Source: Candidatus Latescibacterota bacterium (GTDB lineage Bacteria > Latescibacterota > UBA2968 > UBA8231). From it: 64,000 nucleotides of DNA. Positions 30,532 through 40,427 of the stretch are shown piece after piece. The notes under the pieces were generated by a model. That model was given only the letters and a program-made list of their open reading frames with translations, made no database searches and had not been told where the DNA came from. The stretch is from positions 4,448,001 to 4,512,000 of the forward strand of contig OZ241362.1 of the NCBI GenBank assembly GCA_965200315.1, in the 5' to 3' direction. Position 1 is the stretch's first letter, and every line of letters starts with the position of its first letter. A program made the position numbers and the translations under genes.

Positions 30532-31392
30532 GTGGAATCATTGCTAGCCAATCCTCGGTTGAGCCGCTTTGACCCGCTCGAGCGCATTCTGTGCTACGAC
30601 GATTTCGACGCCGGACTAAACGGCTGGACCGGACTGATCGGCAATTACGAAGACTCGCTCGACACCATGCTGCCCGATTACCAAGACCTGCGCCCCCCCA
30701 TGTTGAGCAACCTGACGATGTGGGACACGGGCACGGCTGGCTCGCTGGAAGGCACCTATGCCCTCAAGCTGGCCACCCGTCCGCAGACCGGCGGTCTGTC
30801 CGTAGGCATCAAGCGGCACACCTTTCGGGCGCTGGGCCAAGTGCAGTTGGAGTGCTATTTCGCGTTCAAGCCCGAAGCGTCCGAACTCAAGCTCGGCGAA
30901 ATGGATGTCCGCGCTTGGGGTGTGCTCTTCGACGTGCAGGACGGCAATCCCCAAGGGCGGCGCTGGATGCCTCACTTGCGCTACCTCAACGCCGAGAGCG
31001 GCCAGCGGCAAGGGCGCTGGCAGACTAAGCCCACCACTCGGTCGGTACAGCCCATTGGCCAAAGCGGCAACACGGTGTCGCATTTCCACTTGGGGCCAGA
31101 GGGCTGGGAGGATGTGCCAGCCGAGCCGCAGCTTTTGTGCTACAACGAAATCGCCACCAAAATGAACTGGCACTATCTGCGCGTCGGCTTGGACCTCAAA
31201 AGGCGGGCCTTCACCGGGTTTCAGTGCAACGACCAGACCTTTGGGCCGGAGGGAATGCACTGCATTGAGCTGCCGGCCATGGCCAATCTGTGGTGTATGC
31301 TCAACGCGGCCTTTTGGGTCGAAGCCGACATGGATAAACGGGCCTTTCTCTACATCGACTCTGTGTTGTTATCCGGGGAGTTTGTACAATGA
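30532..31392 (+). CDS. Conserved hypothetical protein (DUF6772-like)
   Basis: LSRFDPL.RIL.YDDFD.G.NGW..LIGNYE, WDTGT.GS..GTYALK; GTG 30532 after GGAG. Confidence 0.6.
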   Translation: MESLLANPRLSRFDPLERILCYDDFDAGLNGWTGLIGNYEDSLDTMLPDYQDLRPPMLSNLTMWDTGTAGSLEGTYALKLATRPQTGGLSVGIKRHTFRALGQVQLECYFAFKPEASELKLGEMDVRAWGVLFDVQDGNPQGRRWMPHLRYLNAESGQRQGRWQTKPTTRSVQPIGQSGNTVSHFHLGPEGWEDVPAEPQLLCYNEIATKMNWHYLRVGLDLKRRAFTGFQCNDQTFGPEGMHCIELPAMANLWCMLNAAFWVEADMDKRAFLYIDSVLLSGEFVQ

Positions 31393-31730
31393 ATATGCGC
31401 CAGAGCCACACCGCCGTCGTAGAGCGCAATCAGCGCTGGGAGGGCGACTTTATCACCGAGCCGTACGAGGTGGGTTGGAGCCACGAGGCGATTTTCTTCG
31501 TGCGCCTACTCAAGATCGAAGGCTCCCCTAGGGTTTCCGTTTCCGCACGGGTGCAGATATCGCCCGACGGCATCCACTGGTGCGACGAAGGAGCGCGTAT
31601 CCTCTTCCCCGCACAGCAGGATACGCTGTCCTTTGTGCGGGTGTCGCACTACGGAGGTTGGTTGCGCTTGATCGGGGCGGTGGATGGCGGTCGCGCTTGG
31701 GCACTCGTCCATCTGGCACTCAAAGCGTAA
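31389..31730 (+). CDS. Conserved hypothetical protein (DUF6385-like), coupled to the upstream gene
   Basis: TAVVERN....DF.TEPYE.GW..EAIFFVR, VQISPDGIHW.DEG; ATGA overlap. Confidence 0.6.
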   Translation: MNMRQSHTAVVERNQRWEGDFITEPYEVGWSHEAIFFVRLLKIEGSPRVSVSARVQISPDGIHWCDEGARILFPAQQDTLSFVRVSHYGGWLRLIGAVDGGRAWALVHLALKA

Positions 31731-31775
31731 GGCAGGGCCGGCGGTATTGATTGAGAAGCCTTCTGAAACCCCCCC

Positions 31776-31996
31776 TTAGCCAACGAATTCCGCGAGCATG
31801 CCAAAACCCGCGGCGGCTCGCAGATTTTTGGCACGACGCACCAACCTTATTTCGTCGATGCTTTAGAGCCGCAAGAAGTCTGGATTCTGGAAAAAGGCGA
31901 AGACGGCTTTTCGACGATCCTATCGTCAACAACATGGTCGAAGCGGAGTTGCCGTTGGGCGGCCTCTGGTATAGCGACTATCTCGACGCGAGGTAA
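31776..31996 (+). pseudogene. C-terminal remnant of an ABC/AAA_21-type ATPase
   Basis: LANEFREHA...SQIF.TTHQPYFVDAL.P.EVWILEK..DGFSTI, then frameshift to DDPIV..MV...LPLGGLWYSDYLD. Confidence 0.65.
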
Positions 31997-32000
31997 TTGG

Positions 32001-32475
32001 ATGCACCTTGAGGTACCCGTCGAAGACCAGTCTGGCGAAAAGGCGCTTGGCATTCTAATCCCAAAAATCATCGGCTAACATACATTCAGGGTCATTAGCT
32101 ACCGAGGAATCGGTCGCATTCCCAAAAATCTCAAGAGTAGCACCGATGCGAGCAAGCGCATTTTGCTCGACCAACTTCCCAAGCTGCTCAGTGGATATGG
32201 AAAGGCATTTGCCGGACACTCTGCCTATCCGGCAGCCGTAATCGTGGGATGTGATTTAGATACCAAGTGCCTGAAAGGATTTCGCCAAGAACTCTTCACA
32301 GTTCTGAATTCTGAATGCGTGCAATCCCCAACCCAAGATCCGGTTTTGCATTGCCATAGAAGAAGGCGAGGCCTGGCTACTCGGCGACGTTCCCGCGATC
32401 AAAGCAGCTTATCCAAAGGCCAAGGACCTTATCTTGAGTCGTTACAAAAACGACGCCATTTGCGGCACCTCGGAA
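32001..32475 (+). pseudogene. DUF4276-like (TOPRIM-type) gene with TAA at 32076, a frameshift near 32303-32316 and 3' truncation
   Basis: MHLEV.VEDQSG, ILLDQLPKLL.GYG, CDLD, then FCIAIEEGEAWLLGD after the duplicated tctgaat. Confidence 0.7.
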
Positions 32476-33930
32476 TCAGCGCGTGCTCTTGCCCGTCAGC
32501 ACGAACCACACCGTTTGCAGCATGATCTTGAAATCCAGCTTGAGCGACATGTTCTCGATGTAGTATAAATCGTACTCCAGCCGCTCGCGGGCAATGCCCA
32601 CGAGGTCCTTGGAATCGAGGTCGAACTCGTGCTTGGACTGCGCCCAGCCCAACAGGCCGGGCTTGACGTTGAAACGCCGCATGTACAAGGGAATCTGCTT
32701 TTTGAACTGCTCGACGAAAAACGGGCGTTCGGGCCGCGGGCCGACCAAGCTCATGTCGCCGCGCAGGAAGTTGATGCACTGGGGAATCTCGTCTAAGTGC
32801 AGGGCGCGCAGCACCCGGCCAACCGGCGTGACGCGCGGGTCGGCACCCTTGGCCCACACCGGGCCGGTTTTCTCCTCGGCATCCACGTACATCGAGCGAA
32901 ACTTGAGCATCGCAAAAGTTCGGCCTCCCTCGCCGACGCGCTCTTGGCGAAAGAAAATAGGCCCCTTGGAGGTCAGCTTGATCGCCGCGGCCACCAACAG
33001 CCACAATGGGGCCAAGCCCGCGAGCACGACGACGGCCCCCACCACGTCGATGAGCCGCTTGACCGTCCGCTGCCAAGCCGGCATCAACTCGGGCGTGAGT
33101 TCCATCAGCGGCACGCCGTAAATCTGCGTCGTGCGCACATGCCCCGTAACAATGTCGTACAGGTCGGGCGTGATGCCGAAGGAGACCGGCAGTCCCTCGG
33201 CCTCCTCGACGATTTGCATGATTTCTGTGTGCGAATTGGATTGCAGGGCGATGAGCACGGCCTCAATGCCCTCGGCCGCTAGGATGGTGCGCAGGTCGCT
33301 TACTGCGCCAAGCACGGGTAGGCCGTCAATGGCCGCGTGATCGTTCTCGCCGCGCGCCCGCACAAGGCCCACAATTTCATATCCCTGTGCCGGTGCCGCA
33401 CGCAACGCACGCAGCAACCGGGTGCCGCGTGCATTCACGCCCACGATGGCCGTGCGCCGCAGGCCAATGCCGCGCAGCAAAAGCTGCCGCTCAAAGCTGC
33501 GCACTAGCACTCGCCCACCCGCTACTAGCGCGACCATGCCCAGCCAGTAGAACAAGACCAGCAGCCGAGTGAGGCGGATGTCGCGGTCAAAGGTGGCGAC
33601 CATGGCCAGCAAGATGCCCAAGGTAACGACCTTGAGAACCTCGTACATTTCGTCGAAGCGCGAGCTAGAGGGCGAGGATTGATAGAAGCCAAAAAACAGG
33701 AACAGCAGCAGCCAGCAGCCGCTAATCAGCGGCAGCACGTCTGAGTAATAGCCCAGTGCATACCAGAAGCTCGGTCCGGCCACCGCGTCTGGATAGAGCC
33801 GCTCGTAGTTGTGGCGGACGATCTCCAGCCCGCCGCCGGCTAACTTCATCCATACAAAGAAAATCGACGCCAAACTGACGGCGGCCATGTCGCTCAATAG
33901 CAGCAGAACAACGCGTTTCAGGCGCGACAT
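32476..33930 (-). CDS. Exopolysaccharide polyprenyl glycosylphosphotransferase (WcaJ-like sugar transferase)
   Basis: KRLIDV, GPIFFRQERVG, KFRSM, LDEIPQ..N.L.GDMSLVGPRPERP, DLYYIEN. Confidence 0.93.
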   Translation of the reverse strand: MSRLKRVVLLLLSDMAAVSLASIFFVWMKLAGGGLEIVRHNYERLYPDAVAGPSFWYALGYYSDVLPLISGCWLLLFLFFGFYQSSPSSSRFDEMYEVLKVVTLGILLAMVATFDRDIRLTRLLVLFYWLGMVALVAGGRVLVRSFERQLLLRGIGLRRTAIVGVNARGTRLLRALRAAPAQGYEIVGLVRARGENDHAAIDGLPVLGAVSDLRTILAAEGIEAVLIALQSNSHTEIMQIVEEAEGLPVSFGITPDLYDIVTGHVRTTQIYGVPLMELTPELMPAWQRTVKRLIDVVGAVVVLAGLAPLWLLVAAAIKLTSKGPIFFRQERVGEGGRTFAMLKFRSMYVDAEEKTGPVWAKGADPRVTPVGRVLRALHLDEIPQCINFLRGDMSLVGPRPERPFFVEQFKKQIPLYMRRFNVKPGLLGWAQSKHEFDLDSKDLVGIARERLEYDLYYIENMSLKLDFKIMLQTVWFVLTGKSTR

Positions 33931-33937
33931 AAACGCT

Positions 33938-35077
33938 CTACCTCGCGGGCTGCCAGACGCGGTGGCGGCGGCCCATTAGAAAGCTCAAAAGCCCCAGCAA
34001 GGTGCCCCAATTGGTGGCGGTGAAATAGGCCGGCACGTAGAAAAGCCAATAGCGCCCGAGCCGCTCCGGCAGCAAGAGGCCCAACGCAGCCAAGCCGTAG
34101 AAAGCGGCTTGCAGCGCGAGCAAGATACCGTAGTACTCGCTTGCGGCCAACGGGATATTGACTGCGAGCACCACCAACAGCCACATTGGCACGAGCCAGC
34201 GGAGCAGCTTGTGGGAAAACATCTGAAACGCAAAAAAAAAGTGCGCGAACGGGTTGAGCACGCCGGCTTCGGTCCACAGCCCGTAGAGCGAGCGCGAGAC
34301 AATGCGGCGGCGGCGGCGGAACTCGTCGCCAAAGCGACCGCTGCTGTACTCGGTGGCAACGGCTGTTGGCTCGTACGCGATGCGAAAGCCGCGCCGCCAA
34401 GCGTGCAGGGGCGCGACAAAGTCGCTGATAATATCGCCGTGCAGCTCGACGAACAACTCGCGCCGGAGCGCGTAGATCGCCCCATTGGCGCCCAACGCAG
34501 AGCTGAGCAAGCTCTCCCGGCGCTTGAGAAACTGCTCGTAGCGCCAGTACAGGCCTTCGCCCTTGCCAGCACCTTGATCATCCGGGTTGGCGTATTGCAG
34601 TTCGCCACAGACGCAGCCGATTCGCTCGTCGGCAAAGGGTGCCAACAGCCGCTTGAGCGCACTGGGCGCGTACATGCTGTTGGCGTCGGAGAACGCGACA
34701 AACTGCCCCCGCGCCAAGCGCACCCCGGCGTTTTGCGCCTCGGTCTTGCCGCCGCGGACCTCCTGCCGGTGCAGCCGCACCCCGCGTGCGGCAAATTCGG
34801 CGGCAATGCGGTCGGTGCCATCGGTTGAGGCGTCTGAGACGACGATGATGTCGAGCCGCTCGGCCGGGTAGTCCATGGCCAGCGCGTTTTCTAGCTTGGC
34901 GCGCAATACGGCTTCTTCGTTGTGCGCGCCAATGATCAGCGACACTGTGGGCCATTCGCCGAGCGGCGCGTACTCGGGCATCTTGCGGCCGGCCGCTAAG
35001 AGCCAGAGCAAAACCGGGTAGATCAGATAGGTATAGACGACGAGGAATAAAGCGGCCCAAAAAATGGCGATGAGCAT
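33938..35077 (-). CDS. Glycosyltransferase family 2
   Basis: AHNEE, SDASTDGT, GGK..A.N, FSDAN, EGLYWRYE, RRRRI, SHKLLRW. Confidence 0.92.
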   Translation of the reverse strand: MLIAIFWAALFLVVYTYLIYPVLLWLLAAGRKMPEYAPLGEWPTVSLIIGAHNEEAVLRAKLENALAMDYPAERLDIIVVSDASTDGTDRIAAEFAARGVRLHRQEVRGGKTEAQNAGVRLARGQFVAFSDANSMYAPSALKRLLAPFADERIGCVCGELQYANPDDQGAGKGEGLYWRYEQFLKRRESLLSSALGANGAIYALRRELFVELHGDIISDFVAPLHAWRRGFRIAYEPTAVATEYSSGRFGDEFRRRRRIVSRSLYGLWTEAGVLNPFAHFFFAFQMFSHKLLRWLVPMWLLVVLAVNIPLAASEYYGILLALQAAFYGLAALGLLLPERLGRYWLFYVPAYFTATNWGTLLGLLSFLMGRRHRVWQPAR

Positions 35078-35283
35078 GGGATTCTGGCGGTAGAAGGTGT
35101 ATCTTATCTCGTTATATTTTCGTCATTTGTATTCATTTATGCAACCGTGCATTGCTCGTGCTTTGGCCGGTCAGACCTGCGCCCATCACCACCGTTTATA
35201 GCCCCTTTGACAACCGCATCTTTTACCGCGATTTCGTCTTGGCCGAGTGCATCCTTTGCGCTGCCGGACAATCCCAAGCGGCC

Positions 35284-36441
35284 CTAACGCAGCACATCCT
35301 CGTAGACCGCTTGGATCTGCGCCGCCACCCGGCGATAGTCGTAGCGTGCCTCGGTCTGCTGGCGGATCGCCTCGCGGTCGTAGCGGTGGTAGTTATCTAG
35401 CACCGCGAGGATGCCCGCCGCTAAGTCCTCCGCATCGCCGACTGCCACTAGCCGTCCGACCTCCTCATTGACGACCTCCTCCGGCCCGCCACAGCGCGTG
35501 GCGACCACGGGCAGGCCACAGGCCATAGCCTCGACCAGCGAAGTGGTCAGGCCCTCGCTGAAACTGGGCAGCACGAACAGATCGGCGGCCGCCATATAGG
35601 GGGGTAGATCCTCCCAAGGTAGCGCGTCCTCAAACGACACCTGCGCGGACAGGTTCAAGGCCCTGACTTGAGGTAGGAAAGGATCGGCGGTCCCGGTCGC
35701 CGGGTGGCCGCCGACCAAGGTCAACGAGACTTGGCGGCCCTGACTGCGCACTTTAGCCAGCGCCGCCAGCAAGACGCGCAATCCCTTTGCCTCGACAAAC
35801 CGGCCCACATAAAGTAGGCGCCACCCTTCTTTGTCGGGCTGGTGCGACCCGGTCGCCGAAAAGAGCCGGCAATCGACGCCGTTGGGAATGCAGCGAACCT
35901 TATCGGGCGGAACTCCCAAGTGCAGGACCTCGCGGCGCAGCTCTTGGCTGACGGCAATAACGGCCGCCGCTTGCGTTAGGGCCTCAACTATTCGTTGCCG
36001 CCATTGGGACTTGAGCTTGGGCAGAATCTTGACGTCGGAACCGTGGACTGTGATGACTACGGGCCGGCCGGTTTGTGCGCCGTACTCAATAGCGGCCCGG
36101 CCGTCGGGATAGGCGCAGTGCGCGTGGATGATGTCCGGCCTACTCTCAACAGCGTTGAGCAAAGCCTTGAGGTGAAAACGCCACTGCTCGGTAAAGAAAA
36201 TCCGCCGCGGCAGGGCAAAGCGGCGGGGATGCCGCACCTCGATACCGTCCAGCACTTCGCGGCGCGGGACCTGGCGGTAGGCACTCCACAACCCAAATCC
36301 CGGCAGGGGAAACCAAGGCACGGGTGCCACTACCTCTAGCTGACAATGCTCTTTGAGGAAGCGCACCTGATTGTGGACAAAACTGCCGTAGATCTTGGAT
36401 ATGACGTTGGGATAGAGGTGCGATAGCACCAAGACCTTCAC
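35284..36441 (-). CDS. Glycosyltransferase family 4
   Basis: DIIHAH..YPDG, TVHGSD, IPNGVD, VGR....KG, LPSFSEG....LVEAMACG.PVV. Confidence 0.92.
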   Translation of the reverse strand: MKVLVLSHLYPNVISKIYGSFVHNQVRFLKEHCQLEVVAPVPWFPLPGFGLWSAYRQVPRREVLDGIEVRHPRRFALPRRIFFTEQWRFHLKALLNAVESRPDIIHAHCAYPDGRAAIEYGAQTGRPVVITVHGSDVKILPKLKSQWRQRIVEALTQAAAVIAVSQELRREVLHLGVPPDKVRCIPNGVDCRLFSATGSHQPDKEGWRLLYVGRFVEAKGLRVLLAALAKVRSQGRQVSLTLVGGHPATGTADPFLPQVRALNLSAQVSFEDALPWEDLPPYMAAADLFVLPSFSEGLTTSLVEAMACGLPVVATRCGGPEEVVNEEVGRLVAVGDAEDLAAGILAVLDNYHRYDREAIRQQTEARYDYRRVAAQIQAVYEDVLR

Positions 36442-37889
36442 GGTTGCTCCTCGCGCTTTTCAAGCGCCGGCACGGCAAACATGACTCCCGTGAACATCCA
36501 CAAGAAATTGTTGGCAAACTCGCCGGTGAAGGTGAGGCTGACTTGGAAGGTGACGAAAATCGCGGCGAGCGCGATCATCACACTGCGCAAGTACTCGTCC
36601 TGCATGCGCTTTATATGGTTGAGCGCAAAAGCCAAGATGCGCCAGACGATCCAGATAGCAGCGAGCATCCCCACGATCCCGAGTTCCGCGATGATGGTTG
36701 CAAACAGGGTGTGAGACTCGCGGGTCGGCAGCCAGTGGGGAAACCCTTCGGGCTTGTAGTCTTCAAAGACGACCGGAAAAGCACGCCAACCGACCCCGAG
36801 CAAGGGATGCGTTAAGAACATTTTGAATCCGGCGATGGCGAAGTAAACCCGCGCAGTACTCGAAGCCCGGCTGTCGGCTCCAAACTCCATAAATAGCGAG
36901 AAGATAGAATAGAACCGCTCGAAAATGTAATCGGCAAAAGAGACGTAGTTCTTGATAATCAAGATGGCGGCGCAAAACGCTATTGTGACGTAAAAGAGGT
37001 AGCGCAACTTGCCTGCCAAAAGCAGCAGCACGACCGTCCCCACGAACAGTGCCATCCAATTGCTGCGGCTGAAGGTGATGACCAAAGCCACAGTCCCCAG
37101 CCCAATTGCCACCAGCAACAGCAGCCGCTTCCACCAGCGCAGCTTGGGCACCAGGAAAATTCCGGCCATGAAGAGAATGCTCACGGCGAGAAAGGTGCCG
37201 AAGATGTTGGGATTGTGATAGGTTCCAGAAGCGCGCGGCGTATTGGCGCCCACGCTAGAAACCACGCTCGCCGGCAGGTAGAATTGTTCCGAGATGATCT
37301 GGAACACGGCTAGAATAGACGCGCCGGTCAATACTACTCCCAGCGACACAATCGTCAGGTTGAGCACGCGACGCGAGTCGATGAGCACTTGGGTCATATA
37401 GAGAAACAAGGCCAAAAAGACGATGCGAAAGAAACTAACCGTGGCTTCTGGTTGGTTGGGCGAATAGGTGAGGGAGACCGCCATACAACCGAGAAACAGC
37501 ACGAGCGGTGCTTGTATTTCGAGCGGTGGAAAGGTGCGGCGCTTTTGCAGAAAAATGTGGCTGGCTAATGCAATGAAGAGCAGGACAAACGACAAATGAA
37601 AGCCGGTAACCGACACCCCGAGGGCGGTTGTTTGGATGACGCGGCCGGCCGAATCCAAGGCCGTGGTGACAATGATTGCTGGAATCGCGAGCCAAGGATA
37701 GAGGGTCAGGAGGAATAGCGCGAGACACAACACAATGACGAGTGCCGCTCCCCCCAAGCCCCACAATGCCTGTTCGCGCGGCAAGAAGAGAATAGAGACC
37801 AAAACCGCTACTTGGACCAGCAGGAAAACAGCAAACCCTTTGTAGCCTATTTGGGTTAGATACGCACGCTGTTGGACCAATTGTGTCAT
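36438..37889 (-). CDS. O-antigen ligase/polymerase family membrane protein
   Basis: Polytopic; RASGT..NPN.FG, TFSRS.W, HPLLGVG, SH......AELGIVG. Confidence 0.88.
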   Translation of the reverse strand: MTQLVQQRAYLTQIGYKGFAVFLLVQVAVLVSILFLPREQALWGLGGAALVIVLCLALFLLTLYPWLAIPAIIVTTALDSAGRVIQTTALGVSVTGFHLSFVLLFIALASHIFLQKRRTFPPLEIQAPLVLFLGCMAVSLTYSPNQPEATVSFFRIVFLALFLYMTQVLIDSRRVLNLTIVSLGVVLTGASILAVFQIISEQFYLPASVVSSVGANTPRASGTYHNPNIFGTFLAVSILFMAGIFLVPKLRWWKRLLLLVAIGLGTVALVITFSRSNWMALFVGTVVLLLLAGKLRYLFYVTIAFCAAILIIKNYVSFADYIFERFYSIFSLFMEFGADSRASSTARVYFAIAGFKMFLTHPLLGVGWRAFPVVFEDYKPEGFPHWLPTRESHTLFATIIAELGIVGMLAAIWIVWRILAFALNHIKRMQDEYLRSVMIALAAIFVTFQVSLTFTGEFANNFLWMFTGVMFAVPALEKREEQP

Positions 37890-37895
37890 GGCACA

Positions 37896-39236
37896 TCACG
37901 CACGAATAAAGGCCAGCACCTCGTCCCGCTTCTCGGCCATGCGCTCCGCGGAAAGGGCCTCTAGGTTGAGGCGCAACAGCGGCTCGGTATTGGAGGGCCG
38001 CACGTTGAAGTGCCAGTCGTCGTAGCGGACCGAAATCCCGTCGAGGTGCTGGAGGCGACCGTCTTGGTAGCGGTCGGCTAGGGCCGCAATTTTGGCGGCC
38101 GGATCCGCGACCTCGGAGTTGATCTCCGAGGTCGTGAAGTAGTGGCGCTCTAACGGAGCGAGCAGCTCGGAGAGCTTAACCGCGCGCTGCGACAACAGCT
38201 CCAGCATCACCAGCGACGGCACGATGCCGGAATCTGCGCCAAAGAAGTCGCGAAAGTAGTAATGGCCACTCAGCTCGCCTGCGAAAACGGCTCCTTCCTC
38301 AAACATCCTCGGCTTGAGAAACGAATGGCCCACGCGCTCGATCAGTGGGATGCCGCCGGCTGCTTTTACGAGGTCGGACACGGCCCACGAGCAGCGCACG
38401 TCGTACACGATTTTGGCACCGGGATCGCGCTCTATCATGTAGCAAGCCATCAGCGCGGTCGCAAAGTCGCCGGGCACGAAGCGGCCCCGGTCATCGATGA
38501 TGAAGAAGCGGTCGCCATCGCCGTCAAAGGCAAAGCCGACGTCCGCGCCTTCGGCTAAGACGCGCTGCTCCAAGTCGGCGCGGTTTTCCGGCTGCATTGG
38601 GTCGAGGCCGTGGTGGGGCAGGTGGCCATCCGGCTCTAAATACATGCCGATAAACTCAATGGGCAATCGCTCGTACACCTCTTGCAGAACCGGCCCGACC
38701 ATGCCGTTGCCCGTATCGGCCACTACCTTGAGCGGCTTGATGCGGGCCGGATCCACGAGGCTCAACACCTTGTCGATAAAGCCCGGCGTCACGTCCTCGG
38801 CTCGAACCGCGCCCTGCCTCTGACCCGCGCCCCAGCTTTCTGCTGCCACGAGGCGGCGCAGGTCTTGGAGCCCGGATTCGCCGCTGAGTAGATAGGGCAT
38901 TTGGCGCACCATCTTGAAGCCGCAGTATTCGGGTGGGTTGTGCGAAGCCGTTACCATTGCGCCCGGGCGCTCCAAGGTGGCGCAGGCATAGTAGTATTGA
39001 TCGGTGCCGACCATGCCGATGTCGATGACGTCTGCGCCTTGATCGACGAGGCCGCGCGAGAGGTGCTCTTTTATGGCCGGACTCGAAAGGCGCATGTCGC
39101 GCCCCACGACGACCTCCTCGCACTTCAGCAGGGCCACAAAGGCGCGGCCTATGGAGTAGGCCACTTTTTCGCTCAGGGGGGCGGGATAGATGCCGCGGAT
39201 ATCGTACGCTTTGAAGATGGAAGGATCGACCTGCAT
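37896..39236 (-). CDS. Phosphomannomutase/phosphoglucomutase
   Basis: FKAYDIRG, GRDMR.SS, TASHNP, DGDGDR, GELSGH, RPSNTEP. Confidence 0.95.
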   Translation of the reverse strand: MQVDPSIFKAYDIRGIYPAPLSEKVAYSIGRAFVALLKCEEVVVGRDMRLSSPAIKEHLSRGLVDQGADVIDIGMVGTDQYYYACATLERPGAMVTASHNPPEYCGFKMVRQMPYLLSGESGLQDLRRLVAAESWGAGQRQGAVRAEDVTPGFIDKVLSLVDPARIKPLKVVADTGNGMVGPVLQEVYERLPIEFIGMYLEPDGHLPHHGLDPMQPENRADLEQRVLAEGADVGFAFDGDGDRFFIIDDRGRFVPGDFATALMACYMIERDPGAKIVYDVRCSWAVSDLVKAAGGIPLIERVGHSFLKPRMFEEGAVFAGELSGHYYFRDFFGADSGIVPSLVMLELLSQRAVKLSELLAPLERHYFTTSEINSEVADPAAKIAALADRYQDGRLQHLDGISVRYDDWHFNVRPSNTEPLLRLNLEALSAERMAEKRDEVLAFIRA

Positions 39237-39238
39237 GC

Positions 39239-40309
39239 TCAGATGAAGCGGCGCAGGGTGACGTCGAGCGTGCGCACGCCGCCCGCAGCCGGTTGGTGCT
39301 GCACTAGGATCGGGCTTTGGTACGTGCCCTGTAGGATGCGATTCGCGCCGGCTCCCGCGCTGTCTGAGACCAGCAGTCGGATGTGGCGCTTTAGGCGCAA
39401 GATGCGCTGGGCCGGCGTCGATAGCACCGAAAAGATGCGGTCGATGACCGACCTTCCCACCGGAACTTGGTCGAGCAATTCGTTGTAGAAGCGGAGGGAA
39501 TCGTAGGCCGCATACGCATGCATCTTGCCGGGGATGGAAGCCGGGTGCCGCAGGAGCCGCTTGCCGTGTTGGAACACGTAGCGCAGCGGATCGCTGAGGG
39601 CCAAGGGCAAGTCGTTGCGCATCAACAGAGTCTCGTACTCGTTGACGGTCATGCCGACGTGCTTTTCCTCCGGGGCGAGGCGGATGTCGATGCAGCCTTT
39701 GTCTATGCCGGATTGTCGCAACCGCTCGGCGAGCGTTGCAAAGAGGCCGTAGCGTGGGTCCTTGAGGTTGAAGGCGTCGATCGCATGGCTGCCGCCCACC
39801 GGGAGCTCCACCCGACCGCGATGCACGATCTCGGTGCGATTGTAGGCTATAACTGCGGTGTGTCGGCTGCGCACGTAGTGCTTGTAGATGCCGTCTAGCT
39901 CAATGAAGTACACCGGCTCCTCGGGGCGGTGGATGTAGGTCACGCAGTTTTTGAGACCCGCGGCGATAAAGGTCAGGTGTGAGTCGGCGTTGACCGGCTC
40001 CCTTTCCTTTTCGCCCTCGCTGAGCTCGTCGCGCAGCTGCATGCGGTCGTGGAAATAGCCGGCGTTGTAGGGAAATATCTTTTGGATGGCGCGGATAAAT
40101 GGGTCGATCTGCTTGCGGCTATGGCCCAAGCGCCTACTCGTGCCCTGCTCTATATAGCCGGCCGTGGTGTGTAACGAACAGTACGCGGCTTTGCGAAAAG
40201 GGCGCAACTCGTCGCCGACTTGCTGGCGGATTAGCTCGGCGATGTCGATGATCGCAAAGCGCCGCTGGGGGCGGATGGTTAAACTGAGCTCTGCGGGTTG
40301 TGGAGCCAC
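39239..40309 (-). CDS. Hypothetical protein with YjbQ-like (UPF0047) motifs; start uncertain
   Basis: SLHTTAG, YFHD, NADSHL, FIELDG; second half ends GTYQSPILV. Confidence 0.55.
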   Translation of the reverse strand: MAPQPAELSLTIRPQRRFAIIDIAELIRQQVGDELRPFRKAAYCSLHTTAGYIEQGTSRRLGHSRKQIDPFIRAIQKIFPYNAGYFHDRMQLRDELSEGEKEREPVNADSHLTFIAAGLKNCVTYIHRPEEPVYFIELDGIYKHYVRSRHTAVIAYNRTEIVHRGRVELPVGGSHAIDAFNLKDPRYGLFATLAERLRQSGIDKGCIDIRLAPEEKHVGMTVNEYETLLMRNDLPLALSDPLRYVFQHGKRLLRHPASIPGKMHAYAAYDSLRFYNELLDQVPVGRSVIDRIFSVLSTPAQRILRLKRHIRLLVSDSAGAGANRILQGTYQSPILVQHQPAAGGVRTLDVTLRRFI

Positions 40310-40427
40310 ATTAAATATCCTGAGTCGCGTTTGTATCGAGCGCCGACACACACTATCTTGCTGTTGATTAAAAATACCCTCCAGTAAATGCCCACGCAAC
40401 CAAAGACGTTCCTAATTCTTAATTCCC

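Noticed and set aside
1830-32078. Global TAA or TGA reassignment suggested by in-frame TAA codons at 1830, 15457 and 32076
   Set aside because: TAA and TGA terminate many intact genes here (uppP and trpS end in TAA; rimO and argS in TGA), and two of the TAA-containing genes carry other lesions
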